From a virus (taxonomy: Duplodnaviria; Heunggongvirae; Uroviricota; Caudoviricetes), in the IMG/VR virus record IMGVR_UViG_3300021399_000097: a stretch of 64,000 nt of DNA. The stretch is one strand, 5' to 3'. This document shows positions 41,691-53,103 of the stretch, piece after piece. Below the pieces are notes generated by a model. That model ran no database searches, was not told the DNA's origin, and saw only the letters and a program-made list of their open reading frames with translations. The number at the start of each line of letters is the position of its first letter. Position 1 is the first letter of the stretch. Position numbers and translations under genes: made by a program.

Positions 41691-42788
41691 TTATTCACTT
41701 GTCTTGTTGTTGTTGTTCATCATCTGAAGCATCATATATGCGCCCAGATTATCTCCATTTCCCATAAGAAGCATTAGCATATTAGGGTCCATATTCATTG
41801 TTTTATTCTGATTCATAAGCATCATCATAAGACCTATATTGCTATTGTCCTCATCATTCGCCAAAAGCAATGGCAGGAAATTACCAAAAGGATTATCTGC
41901 TGTAGCGCTTGGCATCATATCAGTCAAAGATATAATACTCTCTACGAAATTAAATCCGAATGGAGAAGTAAGAGGAAGAATGATAACCATTGTTCCCTGG
42001 GTTGGGTCAATTGCTTCAAATTTGCCATCCTCGCGCACTTTCTCAACAAACATAGGTTTATAGTTATGGAGAATAATGTCTCCTGCTTTTACCTCTGCTA
42101 TTGGTTTAGGCAACTTAAAAAACACTTTCTTTGAACTGATATTGAAATTAAGAACTTCAACATCAACCAAGTTATGAGTTTTCTTATCATAAGAAACCCA
42201 TTTATCAGCGTTGTTTTTAATAGCAATACCATAGATGGAGAGCCGCATATTGCTAGTATTATAAGGACCAAAACTAAAGTTTGTATTCATATTTTTTTCT
42301 TTTTCCTTTTCATAATCATCAACGATTTCACGAATCATATCTGTAGTAGTGCGCTCTACTGTCGCATAAATGTCATTATATGGTACAGTAGTAGTAGCGT
42401 AATTACTATAATTATTTATTAAATCTGCAGTAGTTGTTGTATTTACAGACCAACTATTACTAGTAGTAGTAGTAGCTGTATTAGTAAGATTAGAATAATA
42501 ATCTGCCATTGCATTTTGTATGTGAAATATTATCTTAGAATTATCAAAGATAAACTCTTCTGATGGTCGCAAGTAATCATAATATAAAGTAATAATTAAT
42601 GGATTTATTGTGTGAGCTGTTTCTTCTACATCAATACTAGCATTAACCGGTGGGAATATATTATTATTAAGCTAAAAACGAAGTTTTGTTAAGGTAACCT
42701 TTGTTTCTAAAGGATAAGAATTATAAAAAGTATATACTTCCTTAATAATACGAGATAACTCACTTATACTTATTGTAATATTCCACAT
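41691..42788 (-). CDS. Hypothetical protein with a Met/Asn-rich C-terminus
   Basis: ORF extends upstream through one TAG; start uncertain. Confidence 0.55.
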
Positions 42789-42808
42789 TTGTTCCTCTCT
42801 AAAGATTT

Positions 42809-43552
42809 TTAATTAAAATGCCCCAATTCCTCATGGATTTTGCACCTTGTAAGAACTGTTTGTTTTACATTCCTATAGGTATCTCTACCTTTAACAGTCC
42901 CACTTATCATGTAACGATATTTCTCCTGTATGTTCTTAGAAGTTTGAGTAGTCCAAGTAAATATATTACCTGTATCATCTTCAAAACTAAACATAGTGCT
43001 TTCACCATAATCGTTTGAGAAATGCAAAACTTTATTACAAGTCAAAGGAAGAGTAAGTCTTTCGCCAATTTCTCCTATCCATTCAGATGTACCTTCATCA
43101 TACACGAGAGTATCTACGAAGGCGCGCACCTGCTTTTCATCCTTTAACTTTTCTCCATCTTCAGTGCAAATATCATTCCAATAAAGTTTTACTGCTTCAA
43201 CATCAACAGGAAGCGGTTCGGGCATTGTTTCAGTGGAAGGTAGATACCAACCAAACATACGATTATACCGAGTCGGCTGAAATTTAAACCAATCCAAAGC
43301 ATCATAAGTATTGCCTTTGAATACCCAAATATATCCTTCTTCACCAAAACCAAATATATCTTTCTGGCTTTTAGCTTTCTGGATAATAATTACTTCAGGA
43401 TTATATTTCTTATATTCAGCCTCAGAATAGGCACGCACCTGTTTGATATTCCCATTCTTCATGCGAACCTTTACATAGTTTTTACTATTAACAGTATAGA
43501 TTTCAGATACCTGTTCCAGATTTTGATATGATTTTGCGACCAAGGCTGACAT
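42809..43552 (-). CDS. Hypothetical protein with a C-terminal OB-fold-like domain
   Basis: WIGEIGER...GTVK...KQTVLTRC pattern. Confidence 0.6.
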   Translation of the reverse strand: MSALVAKSYQNLEQVSEIYTVNSKNYVKVRMKNGNIKQVRAYSEAEYKKYNPEVIIIQKAKSQKDIFGFGEEGYIWVFKGNTYDALDWFKFQPTRYNRMFGWYLPSTETMPEPLPVDVEAVKLYWNDICTEDGEKLKDEKQVRAFVDTLVYDEGTSEWIGEIGERLTLPLTCNKVLHFSNDYGESTMFSFEDDTGNIFTWTTQTSKNIQEKYRYMISGTVKGRDTYRNVKQTVLTRCKIHEELGHFN

Positions 43553-43751
43553 AATAAATACTCCTTTTAATCAAAAATATAAGCAAAAGTTATATTAAAT
43601 GTATCAATAAACTCTTTGCTAAATTGAGGGTCATCATATTTTTCATTTACATCTTCCCATAAGGAAAGTAAAAGTTCTTCCAAAGGGCCTCGCGCAGAAG
43701 ACACTCCAATCACTGCTGTATCAACTGTTTCTGCTCTTGGCACCAACTAGG

Positions 43752-44165
43752 TTAAAATCCACAAATCTCTTCTGTCTCCTCCGTTCTATACCAACCGATA
43801 CTTGATTCTCCTGTGACAGAATTTTCCCATACTTCAACTATACAGTTTGTATATTTTGTTGATTTATCAAAGATACTAGTTTCTACATTCGTTACTTCTG
43901 GAACAAAACAAAAAGGTAATTCAATAATTCTTACACCATCTTTAAGGTCAGCGCAAGCATAATTCCAATATCTTTGACAATCTTCATGTGAAAATTCATG
44001 ATGAGTAAATCTATCGTAAGCCCAAGCCCAATCAGAATATGCAAGCTCTTCTGCTAAATCTAAAATACATTCTTCAAGAAAACCTTTATCGTTTGATATT
44101 AAATAATACTCATCTTCTTCTCCAAGGAATTGAATCGCATAACATTTCAAAATATCGTACCTCAT
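43752..44165 (-). CDS. Hypothetical protein
   Basis: ORF downstream of a promoter. Confidence 0.55.
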   Translation of the reverse strand: MRYDILKCYAIQFLGEEDEYYLISNDKGFLEECILDLAEELAYSDWAWAYDRFTHHEFSHEDCQRYWNYACADLKDGVRIIELPFCFVPEVTNVETSIFDKSTKYTNCIVEVWENSVTGESSIGWYRTEETEEICGF

Positions 44166-44560
44166 TCATTGTTTCTAAATATATTATAACATTTTTTTTC
44201 AAAAAAATCAATTAAGGATTCGGTAAAACGAATCCTTAATTGTCTATAGGAATCGGCAATTCTTTAATTTCAAGAAAGAAATTAGATTTTGCTTCTTCGG
44301 TGCTATATCGGATAACTGTGGGGATATTTTTTAATTCATCCTTTGCTAAATTATCTATGAATACGCAGAACCATTCATATTCATCTTCTTCAAAGAATGA
44401 CAATGCCATTTCTTCTAGCTCTGCTTTATTATGAGCTGTAATCAAAACATCATCTGGATAATCACAATAAGATTGTAGTATAAACATTTAAAAATCTCTC
44501 CCTTCACTTGACTTTGATAAAAAAAAATGATATACTAATTTAAAAGGAGTGTGATTTAAA

Positions 44561-45148
44561 TTGAGATATGAAGCACTAATGGCTGGTATGATTATTGGTA
44601 TTGCAGCATTAGGTAATGTAGTCTCTATCACAGGAGGAAGCACTATATTTGGGGCTATTCTCTTTTGTGTAGGATTAGTAACAATTTTATTTGAGCGTTT
44701 TAAATTAGTAACTGGAAACTTCGGTAATGCATTACAAGGTAGAGTATCTTGGCGAGATATGCTTGCTATGTTTATTTGGAACGTAATAGGAGTAATAATT
44801 ATTGCTCTATTAAGAAAAATAGATACTGGATTTGAAAGTTTAGTACCTACTCTGGAGAAATTAGTTGCGGCCCGTGAAGCACGAGGCTGGTGGCGCACTA
44901 TTTTAGCAGGTGCTGGCACTGGATTTTTAATTCAAGTCGCAGTTGAAAATTACAAAAATAATAAGAGCGCTTGGGGTATTATGCTGCCGACCGCAATGTT
45001 TGTCTTTTTAGGATGGAATCACTGCATTGCCGATATTTTCTATTATGTATTAGCAGGCAGTTGCAAAGATATTCTTTTAGTGTTAATGGCTGCTCTTGGT
45101 AATTTTATTGGAGCCACTGTGGTGACAATTGCTAATTGGGACAGTTAA
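44561..45148 (+). CDS. Formate/nitrite transporter (FNT) family channel
   Basis: AGMIIGI, LVTGN, NHCIADIFY and GNFIG motifs; multiple TM segments. Confidence 0.75.
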   Translation: MRYEALMAGMIIGIAALGNVVSITGGSTIFGAILFCVGLVTILFERFKLVTGNFGNALQGRVSWRDMLAMFIWNVIGVIIIALLRKIDTGFESLVPTLEKLVAAREARGWWRTILAGAGTGFLIQVAVENYKNNKSAWGIMLPTAMFVFLGWNHCIADIFYYVLAGSCKDILLVLMAALGNFIGATVVTIANWDS

Positions 45149-45614
45149 CTCCCTCTTCATCTTTACAACAGAAAGTATAATCTAACGGGGCGGCGCATTT
45201 ACAAATAGTGCAGTGTTTTTCAACAAGATTTGGATTTTTAACCTGAACCTGCATCATCATTGGCCCTTGCTGTTTTGTCATCATAACATATGGTGGCTCA
45301 CTTGGGTCAGTCATTACTCCGCAGGTTTCGCTGTGCAGACAGCTATGGCAACTCCCAAGAGTACGATAGCAATTTTGGCAAACCAAGGCATAATCTTCAT
45401 CCCCTTCTATTTCTAAAATCAATGGATTTAAGAGAGGAACGCCGCATTTTTTACATTTATAAACTGCATCTTCAGAACGATAGCTATCGCAGTATCCTTC
45501 TAAATCATCTGGTATTGGTCTATTGGTAATAGTGCAACCAGGAGTCCCATCTTGAAACTTACCCCGAAAACCGCAAGTGTGGCACGTATTAAAAATAGTA
45601 GTGTTCTTTCCCAT
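45132..45614 (-). CDS. Cys-rich hypothetical protein
   Basis: Multiple CxxC; ends at a TAG, so the true stop may lie further on. Confidence 0.5.
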   Translation of the reverse strand: MGKNTTIFNTCHTCGFRGKFQDGTPGCTITNRPIPDDLEGYCDSYRSEDAVYKCKKCGVPLLNPLILEIEGDEDYALVCQNCYRTLGSCHSCLHSETCGVMTDPSEPPYVMMTKQQGPMMMQVQVKNPNLVEKHCTICKCAAPLDYTFCCKDEEGVNCPN

Positions 45615-46004
45615 ATTCTTTCAACCTTACAGCAACATCAGCAGGGATTTCAAGAGCTTCTTCATCACCACTCAATGGATAAATGCCAATGATTTCTTCA
45701 AGGTCTTCGTCGTACAGTTCTTCAAGGACGCGAGTTGCTTCTGTGAAAGAATTGGTACAGATCAAATCATGGCATGTTTCTGTTTCATTTTTTATTAAGT
45801 TATAAAACTTAACAGTACAAAGCATCATATACTTTATTCCTCCCGTTTCATTTTCTAAATATATTATAACATATATTTTTTAAAAAATCAATATAGCGTA
45901 GTTCTCTACGGTGTAATCACAATTTATATCAGGTAATTGAGATGAAAACCTGATTTTATTATAGGCAAGTAAATGTCTTGCCTGAAAGCGCAGGTGAAAA
46001 ACAA

Positions 46005-46199
46005 GTGGCAACCAAGAAAACGCAGAATCTAACTGTTAGGATGCCTGTTGCGGAGTACGGCTATCTCTAGCGTTATGCCGACGCCCATGACATAACAATG
46101 TCGGATTTAGTTCGTAAAGCATTGAAAATGTATATTTCAATTCTCGTAAAGAGAGACAAGCAAAAAGCAAATCAAGGAGAAAGTAAAAATGACAAATGA
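46005..46199 (+). CDS. Ribbon-helix-helix (CopG-like) protein
   Basis: NLTVRMP...YL(TAG)RYA...TMSDLVRKAL. Confidence 0.65.
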
Positions 46200-46395
46200 G
46201 CCAATAGTAAATACAAAGATTATTTATTCAAAAAAGTTAATGATTTAGTTATTAGAATAGGGGTTTAGTCCAGTAGAGACTATTTAGAATCCTTTACATC
46301 CAGAGTTTTATTGCTGGCGATTCAAAATAACTGAATCTTTCTAGCAGGCTCTTGACCTTTTATTAGGAGGCGAGAAGGGCCATGGCAAAAACTAA
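46189..46395 (+). CDS. Small hypothetical protein (DUF5659-like)
   Basis: IIYSKKL..L..GF...NPLHP...WRF; four TAGs; RBS. Confidence 0.5.
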
Positions 46396-46738
46396 ATATG
46401 CAAATCAGTAGTTAGTAACGTAGGGGATTTTGATTCCAAAAGATAAAGACCATCCCTATTGTAAATTGAATATAGATGCGCTCAACGGGGCTATAAAGGA
46501 TTTGAGTCATGCTGGACTTAAATTGTATATATATTTGGCGAAGAATGAACCTGGATATGAGTTTGGGTTGAGCCCTAAAGCGTTAGAGAATGAGTATGGA
46601 CTGTCAAAGAGCACCTATTATAGGGCGAAAGAGGAGTTAATCGCGCATGGGTATTTAGAAGAATTGGACGAGCGCACATTGCGCTTTTGGGAAGCCCCAC
46701 AGGAACTGAAAAAGGCGCCCGCAGAGTATGTATTTTAA
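46382..46738 (+). CDS. Winged-helix replication initiator-like protein
   Basis: LKLYIYL...GLSKSTYYRAKEELIAHGYL; directly precedes the repeat array. Confidence 0.65.
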
Positions 46739-46748
46739 TTAGTAAATG

Positions 46749-47258
46749 AAACATTCCCAGATTTGGGAATGTTTTTATTAGTTATGGTACTTGGTTCCAA
46801 TTTTGGGAATGTTTGACTTACCTAATGAAACATTCCCAATTTTGGGAATGTTATGGTACTTAGTTCCAAATCTGGGAATGTTTTAATTAAACGGTTCCAA
46901 AATTGGGAATGTTTAAATGAATGGTTCCAAATCTGGGAATGTTTATGGTAGTTAGTTCCAATTTTGGGAATGTTTTGCTTTTGAACTCAATGATGCGCGA
47001 AGGAGACTAAGGAAAAACAGTTCCAAAATTGGGAATGTTTTTGCTGTAGATGAAAATGCTTGTGATGAAACATTCCCAATTTTGGGAATGTTTTAATTAG
47101 GTAGATGAATGGTTCCAAATTTGGGAATGTTTTGTTTATTGGGGGGTGGAGGAGAGGAGGAGAGTTTAAATGAAAAAGCCCCAAAATTGGGAATGTTTTG
47201 CTTTCAGGTTTTTGAATGTCAGGGGGCAATTTTAAATGGAACATTCCCAGATTTGAAT
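46749..47258. repeat. Iteron-like array, about 11-12 copies of the semi-palindromic TTCC(A/C)AWWTGGGAATGTT; putative origin
   Basis: Direct repeats with short, variable, mutually related spacers at the strand switch. Confidence 0.8.
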
Positions 47259-47472
47259 AGAGAAAGATAATAGGGGATAGGTCGTTCGCTTTACGAGGCT
47301 TTGCCTCTCCAAGCCGAGCGCCCTATCCTACGGGCGATGCGCGACGGGGCAAAGGTATGGGGCGGCATGGGGGTGGAACGTTTTGAAAGTTGAGTTGAAA
47401 ATTGGGGTGGGAAGGGGTTTTAGAAAATGAATTGAAAATGGCTTTTAATTTTTTGGTTTGAAAATTGGAGTT

Positions 47473-47522
<50 letters not shown>

Positions 47523-47651
47523 ATCCTCACTAAAAAGATTATATCAAAAAAAAATAAGGTTGTCAAGTGATTTTATATAATTCTAGCTCTAGCTACCAAA
47601 AAATTAAAAATTTTAATACTCATGGAGAAGAAATCATGAAAAGAAAATTTT

Positions 47652-47680
47652 TTGATTTTTTATAAAAAAAATGCTATAAT
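47652..47680 (+). promoter_or_regulatory. sigmaA-type promoter of the gyrB operon
   Basis: TTGATT-17-TATAAT with TG. Confidence 0.75.
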
Positions 47681-47715
47681 TATTATATAAAATATACAAG
47701 AAGGAGAAGAAAAGT

Positions 47716-49632
47716 ATGGCAGAAAAAAATAGCCATTTATATGATGAGCAATCCATCGAAAGCCTCAGCCCCCTTGAATTTACACGGCTCCGGCCTGGGG
47801 TATATGCCGGTGATACTACGTATTCAACACAGCTTCTCGTAGAAATTATTTCTAATGCAGTTGATGAATATCGGCTGGGTCATGGTAATGAAATTGAAGT
47901 TTGTATAAATAAAGATATTGTACTTGTAAAAGATCATGGACAAGGATTTCTAGTTAATTCTTTTAGAGAAGATGGAAAAACTATCCTTGAAGCTGCTTTT
48001 AGTGTTTTAAATACTTCAGGAAAGTACCGAGAAGATGGAACTTATGAAGGCACTTCGTTAGGATCTTTTGGAATTGGTAGTAAAATTACTACCTTTTTAA
48101 GTCATTGGTTAACCGTTTCAACTTTTAGAGATGGAAAATCAGAAACTATTAAATTTAAAGAAGGAGTTTTTGAGTCCCGAGAAGTTAATGAAAATAGTCC
48201 AAATCCTTCTGGGACATTTGTAAAATGGCAGCCTTCCGAAGAATTTTTTACTCATACTGAAGTTGAAATTAATAAAATAAAAGAATTATTTAAAACAATC
48301 GTTTGTTTATGTTCTGGATTAACAATTCACTTGAATTATAATGGGCAATTTTTTGATTATGTGTCAACAAAAGGATTAAATGATTTAGTAGATGATGCGG
48401 TCGCTGATAAAGAGATCATCAATACTAGATTCGATATGAATTATTCTGAGCCCCGCGGAAAAAATAAGATGGATATGGTATTAACCTATACTACAAATTA
48501 TTCTTCTGTCATTATTCCATATGTAAATACTGGATTAACCGAGAGCGGGCAGCATATAACTCAAATCAAAACAATTATTACTCGTGAGTTTAATAAATTC
48601 TTTAAAGAGAAAAAGTGGTTAAAATCTACTGATGATAATTTAAGCGGAGATGATATTCAGGAAGGGATATATATAGTTTTTAACTTAACTGCCCCGAATG
48701 TATCATATGATGCACAGGTAAAGAGTCGTATTACTAAAATTGATATGAAACCCTTTACCGCTGCTCTTGTTGAAAATCTTGATTATTGGTTAGCTAATAA
48801 TGAAAAAGAAATCAAGATTATAGCAGATAAAGCCATTAATGCAAGAAAAGCGCGGGAAGCTGCTAAAAAGGCTCGTGAAAAAGCGAGAGAGCAGGTAAAA
48901 AAGAAAGAAAAGGTTTTAAAATTTGATAGTAAATTAGCAGATTGCTATAGTAAAGATCGCTCTCGTTGTGAAATTTATATAACGGAAGGTGATTCGGCAT
49001 CAGGAAATCTTAAGACAGCCCGCAATAATGAATTTGTTGCCGTTCTCCCCGTTAGAGGGAAAATCCTTAATGTAAGAAAAGCAACATTAGATAAAATTCA
49101 GAAAAATGCAGAAATTATGACAATGATTGATGCATTTGGGTTAAGCGTTGACCCTAAGACAATGAGACTTACTTATCGGCCGGAAGATCTTCGTTATGGT
49201 AAAATTATTATTGAAAGCGATGCCGATGTAGACGGAAGCCACATTAAAAACCTCTTTTATACGTTCGTTTGGACATTCTGTCCGCAACTTATTTTAGATG
49301 GATATGTCTATGCAGGGGTTCCTCCGCTGTATAAAATAACTGAAGGGAAAGATACTTATATTTATTTAAAAGATGATGCAGCCCTTCTTGAATACAGAAA
49401 ATCTCATAACGGTAAGAAATATACTGTAAACCGACTTAAAGGTCTTGGGGAGATGTCCGCAGAAGAAGTAGAAGAAACATTAATGGATCCGCAAAAAAGA
49501 ATTATTAAGCAAATTACAGTAGAAGATGTATCAGCAGCAGATAAATTATTTGATGATCTTATGGGCGATGCAGTGCTGTCAAGAAAAGCATTTATTAAAG
49601 AGCATAGCAAAGAAGCTACTAATCAGGAATAA
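47716..49632 (+). CDS. gyrB: Type IIA topoisomerase B subunit (GyrB/ParE)
   Basis: EIISNAVDE, EGDSA, PVRGKILN, DADVDG, KGLGEM. Confidence 0.93.
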   Translation: MAEKNSHLYDEQSIESLSPLEFTRLRPGVYAGDTTYSTQLLVEIISNAVDEYRLGHGNEIEVCINKDIVLVKDHGQGFLVNSFREDGKTILEAAFSVLNTSGKYREDGTYEGTSLGSFGIGSKITTFLSHWLTVSTFRDGKSETIKFKEGVFESREVNENSPNPSGTFVKWQPSEEFFTHTEVEINKIKELFKTIVCLCSGLTIHLNYNGQFFDYVSTKGLNDLVDDAVADKEIINTRFDMNYSEPRGKNKMDMVLTYTTNYSSVIIPYVNTGLTESGQHITQIKTIITREFNKFFKEKKWLKSTDDNLSGDDIQEGIYIVFNLTAPNVSYDAQVKSRITKIDMKPFTAALVENLDYWLANNEKEIKIIADKAINARKAREAAKKAREKAREQVKKKEKVLKFDSKLADCYSKDRSRCEIYITEGDSASGNLKTARNNEFVAVLPVRGKILNVRKATLDKIQKNAEIMTMIDAFGLSVDPKTMRLTYRPEDLRYGKIIIESDADVDGSHIKNLFYTFVWTFCPQLILDGYVYAGVPPLYKITEGKDTYIYLKDDAALLEYRKSHNGKKYTVNRLKGLGEMSAEEVEETLMDPQKRIIKQITVEDVSAADKLFDDLMGDAVLSRKAFIKEHSKEATNQE

Positions 49633-50513
49633 TTATGGATAATCTTGAAAAAATTAAAAATTTATATAATAATATTGATTATATAATAACAGGAACAGAA
49701 GAAGGATGGCTTGATATAAAAGATCCCCAGCTGACTAAAATATGTTATCAAATTAAGACACTCTCTGAACATACCTATAATGAATTATTTAGATTTAAGG
49801 AAAAAGGAATATTAATTAAATTAAAATAATTAATATAAATAATAAAAGGAGTAATTATGAAATATAATAAGTGCCCAATATGCATTCATGCTGGCAATAA
49901 ATGCCAGCATGTTATAGCAAACACAATAGAAGCTTTATTATATTTAAAAAATATGATACAATATGATTGTAGTGTAGAGATAAATCTTAATTGTAAAGAT
50001 TTTAAACCACAAAAAACGCCTTGCTCATGTAAAGAATGTACTAAAGATAAAGCAAGATATTGTCCTGAATATAGAAGAGATTAAATAAATGAAAGAAAAA
50101 ATAGCAAATATTTTAATTGATGAATTATGTTATTGTTATTGTGATAATTGTGAATATGGAGACTGGGATAAATACCAAGATCATATGTGTGAGAATTGCT
50201 ATAGAAAATATATAAGTTGGAAATTATCATCAAACACGGCTGCTAAAATTGCTGAACGAATTTTAAAAGAGGTAATAAATAATGTAGAATAATCGTTTAA
50301 TTAAAATGAATAAATGGGGATCCCTTATATATGTTGGCAAGCACAAAAAAGGTATTTATAAAAACTGGGGTGATTATGCAGAAGATCTAAATTCTCTTGC
50401 TGTTGAAGAAATAATGAGAAAATTATATTATTTTGAAGATTTAATAGATAAAATTAATTAGGTTGGTAATATTAATCCAATATCAAAAAATGAGTTGGAG
50501 GAGATTATTAATA

Positions 50514-50774
50514 ATGCAAAATGACTTAATATGTCCAAGATGTAAAAAACCTCTTTATTTTTGTTTAGATGAATGGGGAAGAACTCCTTGGCATCTACAT
50601 TGTGGTTTTTGTCATATCGATATTGGAACAACTAAACAAAAAAAGGCTATTGAATTAATTCAAAAATACAATAAAAAAGATACTTATCTTGAATATTATG
50701 ATAATGATATTCAAGAATTATGGGAAGAGAAAAGTTTAAAAATTAGCAAAGAGGTAATGGACGATGCAAAATGA
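50514..50774 (+). CDS. Zinc-ribbon hypothetical protein inserted between the topoisomerase genes
   Basis: CPRC..CGFC; starts MQNDL, like gyrA. Confidence 0.5.
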   Translation: MQNDLICPRCKKPLYFCLDEWGRTPWHLHCGFCHIDIGTTKQKKAIELIQKYNKKDTYLEYYDNDIQELWEEKSLKISKEVMDDAK

Positions 50775-53088
50775 CTTAACTAAAGAATTAAGTACAAACT
50801 TTATAGAGTATGCCGTTGCCGTAAATACCGATAGAGCAATTCCAGATGCTAAATCAGGGCTTAAACCGGTAGCAAAACGTATTCTCTGGTCAGCGTTTGA
50901 AGAGGGGCGGACATCAGCAAAACCTCACGTTAAAGCAGCGAGAATTGTCGGCGATGTAATGGGCCGTTACCATCCTCACGGTGACAGTTCAATTTACGGA
51001 GCAATGGTAAGACTATCTCAACCGTGGGTAATGAGATACCCTCTTATCGATTGGCATGGAAATAACGGAAATATCGCAGGTGATGGCCCAGCCGCAGCAA
51101 GATATACAGAAGCCCGCCTTAGTAAGATAGCAGAGGATGGACTTTTAAACGGAATTAAAAAGAATAATGTAGATTTTATTCCAAACTATGATGAAACTCT
51201 TAATGAGCCTGTAACGTTACCAAGTTCTTTCCCTAACTTATTATGTAATCCTAATATGGGAATTGGCGTAGCTATGTCTTGCTCATGGGCACCGCATAAT
51301 CTGACAGAAGTGGCTTCCGCAATTAATGATTATCTTGATGGGAAAGAACCAATGTTACCTGGCCCTGATTTTCCTACGGGTGGTATCATTATAAATAAAG
51401 ATGATATTCCTAAGATTATGAAAACTGGTCATGGATCAGTGAAAATTAGGGCTAGATATAATATCGAAGGAAATAAAATCATCTTTTATGAAGTCCCATA
51501 TGGAACGACAATAGAAGAACTGATTGCGGAAGTTGGTAAAGTTTGTGAAGAAAAAGAAATTGAAGGTATTACTGATATTCATGACGAAAGTTCTAAAAAA
51601 ATTAGAATTGTAGTAACATGTGATAAAGGTATTGATCCTAATATTATTGCTTCTAAACTCTACGCAAAAACTAATTTTCAGACTACTTTTAGTTACAATC
51701 AAGTCGCTCTTATTAATAAAACACCAACAGAATTAAATTTAAAAGATGCAATTAAAATTTATGTAGATCATAATATTGAGTGTATTATTAAAGAAAGCGA
51801 ATTTGATTTAAAAAAGGCTCAAGATAGATTAGAAATTGTTGAAGGATTATTAAAAGCACTTGAAGATATTGATAATATTATTGCATTAATTAAGTCTTCA
51901 GATAGTGCGGCCGTAGCCAAAGTAAATCTTATAGCTAAGTATAATTTTACAGAGAATCAAGCTAAAGCGATTCTTGCTATGAGGCTGTCTTCTCTTGCAA
52001 AGCTTGAAAAGATAGAACTCAATAAAGAAGCAGAAAATCTAAATGAACAAATTAATGATCTAAATAAAATTTTAGCAAGCAGAGATGAACAAATTGATAT
52101 TATTAAACTTCGTTTAAATAATCTTGTTAAAAAATATGGTGATGCCCGCCGCACAGAATTAACTCAAATTGAAGAAACAAAAGAAGTAAAAGAAAAAATT
52201 GAAATTATTCCTGAAGATGTAGTTGTTATCATAACTCAAACGGGCGATATTAAACGCATTCCAAAGAAAAATTTTAAAGTTCAGCATCGCCGCGGAACAG
52301 GTGTGAAAACATTGGATTCCGCAATTTTAAAGGTTGTAACAACTAATACAATTGATACGTTAGCAATTTTTACATCTACAGGAAAAATGTATAGATTGAA
52401 TGTAGATAAGGTTCCTGAAGGAACTAATGCTTCAAAAGGAATTAATATTAAAACATTATTACCTTTTGATAATAACGAAAAAATTCAAGCAATAACAAGT
52501 ATCACTGATGAAATTGCTCCATATGTTGTATTTTTTACCAAGAATGGTTTAATTAAAAAGACAGCTTTTTCTGAATATGCTTCCATGAAAAAGACTACGG
52601 GTATTCAAGCTATTAAAATAAAAGAAGGCGATGAATTATTATCTGTCCATTTTATGGGAGAAGAAAATGTTCTTTTAGTTACTCAAACTGGTATGACTAT
52701 AAAAGTTCCTACTAATGATATTAGAGCAATAGGAAGATTAACTAGTGGAGTAAAAGGCATTGGATTAAAAGATAATGATATTGTTGTCGCGGCGTTCCCT
52801 GTTACTTTTGAAACAGCTTTCTTTACAAAAGAAGGTAAAGGAAAGAAAATACAGACTGAGCAGTTTGTTATTCAAGGACGCGGAGGCCGCGGTGTAAGCG
52901 GAATTAAACTGGATACAAATGATTATGTGGTGTCCGCAATTCCTCTTATCCAGGGTGAATCATTATTAATTATAGGATCTCCTAATTCAATTTGTGTATC
53001 TTCCGCTGAAATTCCTGTTCAGACAAAAACAGGTACTGGAGTAAAAGTAATCGAACGTAGTAATATTAATTTTGTAATTAAATTGTAA
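50764..53088 (+). CDS. gyrA: Type IIA topoisomerase A subunit (GyrA/ParC)
   Basis: GLKPV, YHPHGDSS, AAARYTE; C-terminal pinwheel with QHRRGTG. Confidence 0.93.
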   Translation: MQNDLTKELSTNFIEYAVAVNTDRAIPDAKSGLKPVAKRILWSAFEEGRTSAKPHVKAARIVGDVMGRYHPHGDSSIYGAMVRLSQPWVMRYPLIDWHGNNGNIAGDGPAAARYTEARLSKIAEDGLLNGIKKNNVDFIPNYDETLNEPVTLPSSFPNLLCNPNMGIGVAMSCSWAPHNLTEVASAINDYLDGKEPMLPGPDFPTGGIIINKDDIPKIMKTGHGSVKIRARYNIEGNKIIFYEVPYGTTIEELIAEVGKVCEEKEIEGITDIHDESSKKIRIVVTCDKGIDPNIIASKLYAKTNFQTTFSYNQVALINKTPTELNLKDAIKIYVDHNIECIIKESEFDLKKAQDRLEIVEGLLKALEDIDNIIALIKSSDSAAVAKVNLIAKYNFTENQAKAILAMRLSSLAKLEKIELNKEAENLNEQINDLNKILASRDEQIDIIKLRLNNLVKKYGDARRTELTQIEETKEVKEKIEIIPEDVVVIITQTGDIKRIPKKNFKVQHRRGTGVKTLDSAILKVVTTNTIDTLAIFTSTGKMYRLNVDKVPEGTNASKGINIKTLLPFDNNEKIQAITSITDEIAPYVVFFTKNGLIKKTAFSEYASMKKTTGIQAIKIKEGDELLSVHFMGEENVLLVTQTGMTIKVPTNDIRAIGRLTSGVKGIGLKDNDIVVAAFPVTFETAFFTKEGKGKKIQTEQFVIQGRGGRGVSGIKLDTNDYVVSAIPLIQGESLLIIGSPNSICVSSAEIPVQTKTGTGVKVIERSNINFVIKL

Positions 53089-53103
53089 TAAAAGGAGTTA
53101 AGT

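Noticed and set aside
46749..47258. CRISPR array
   Set aside because: Spacers are about 8-45 nt, irregular and related to each other; the repeats are degenerate; no cas genes are seen. Better explained as iterons.
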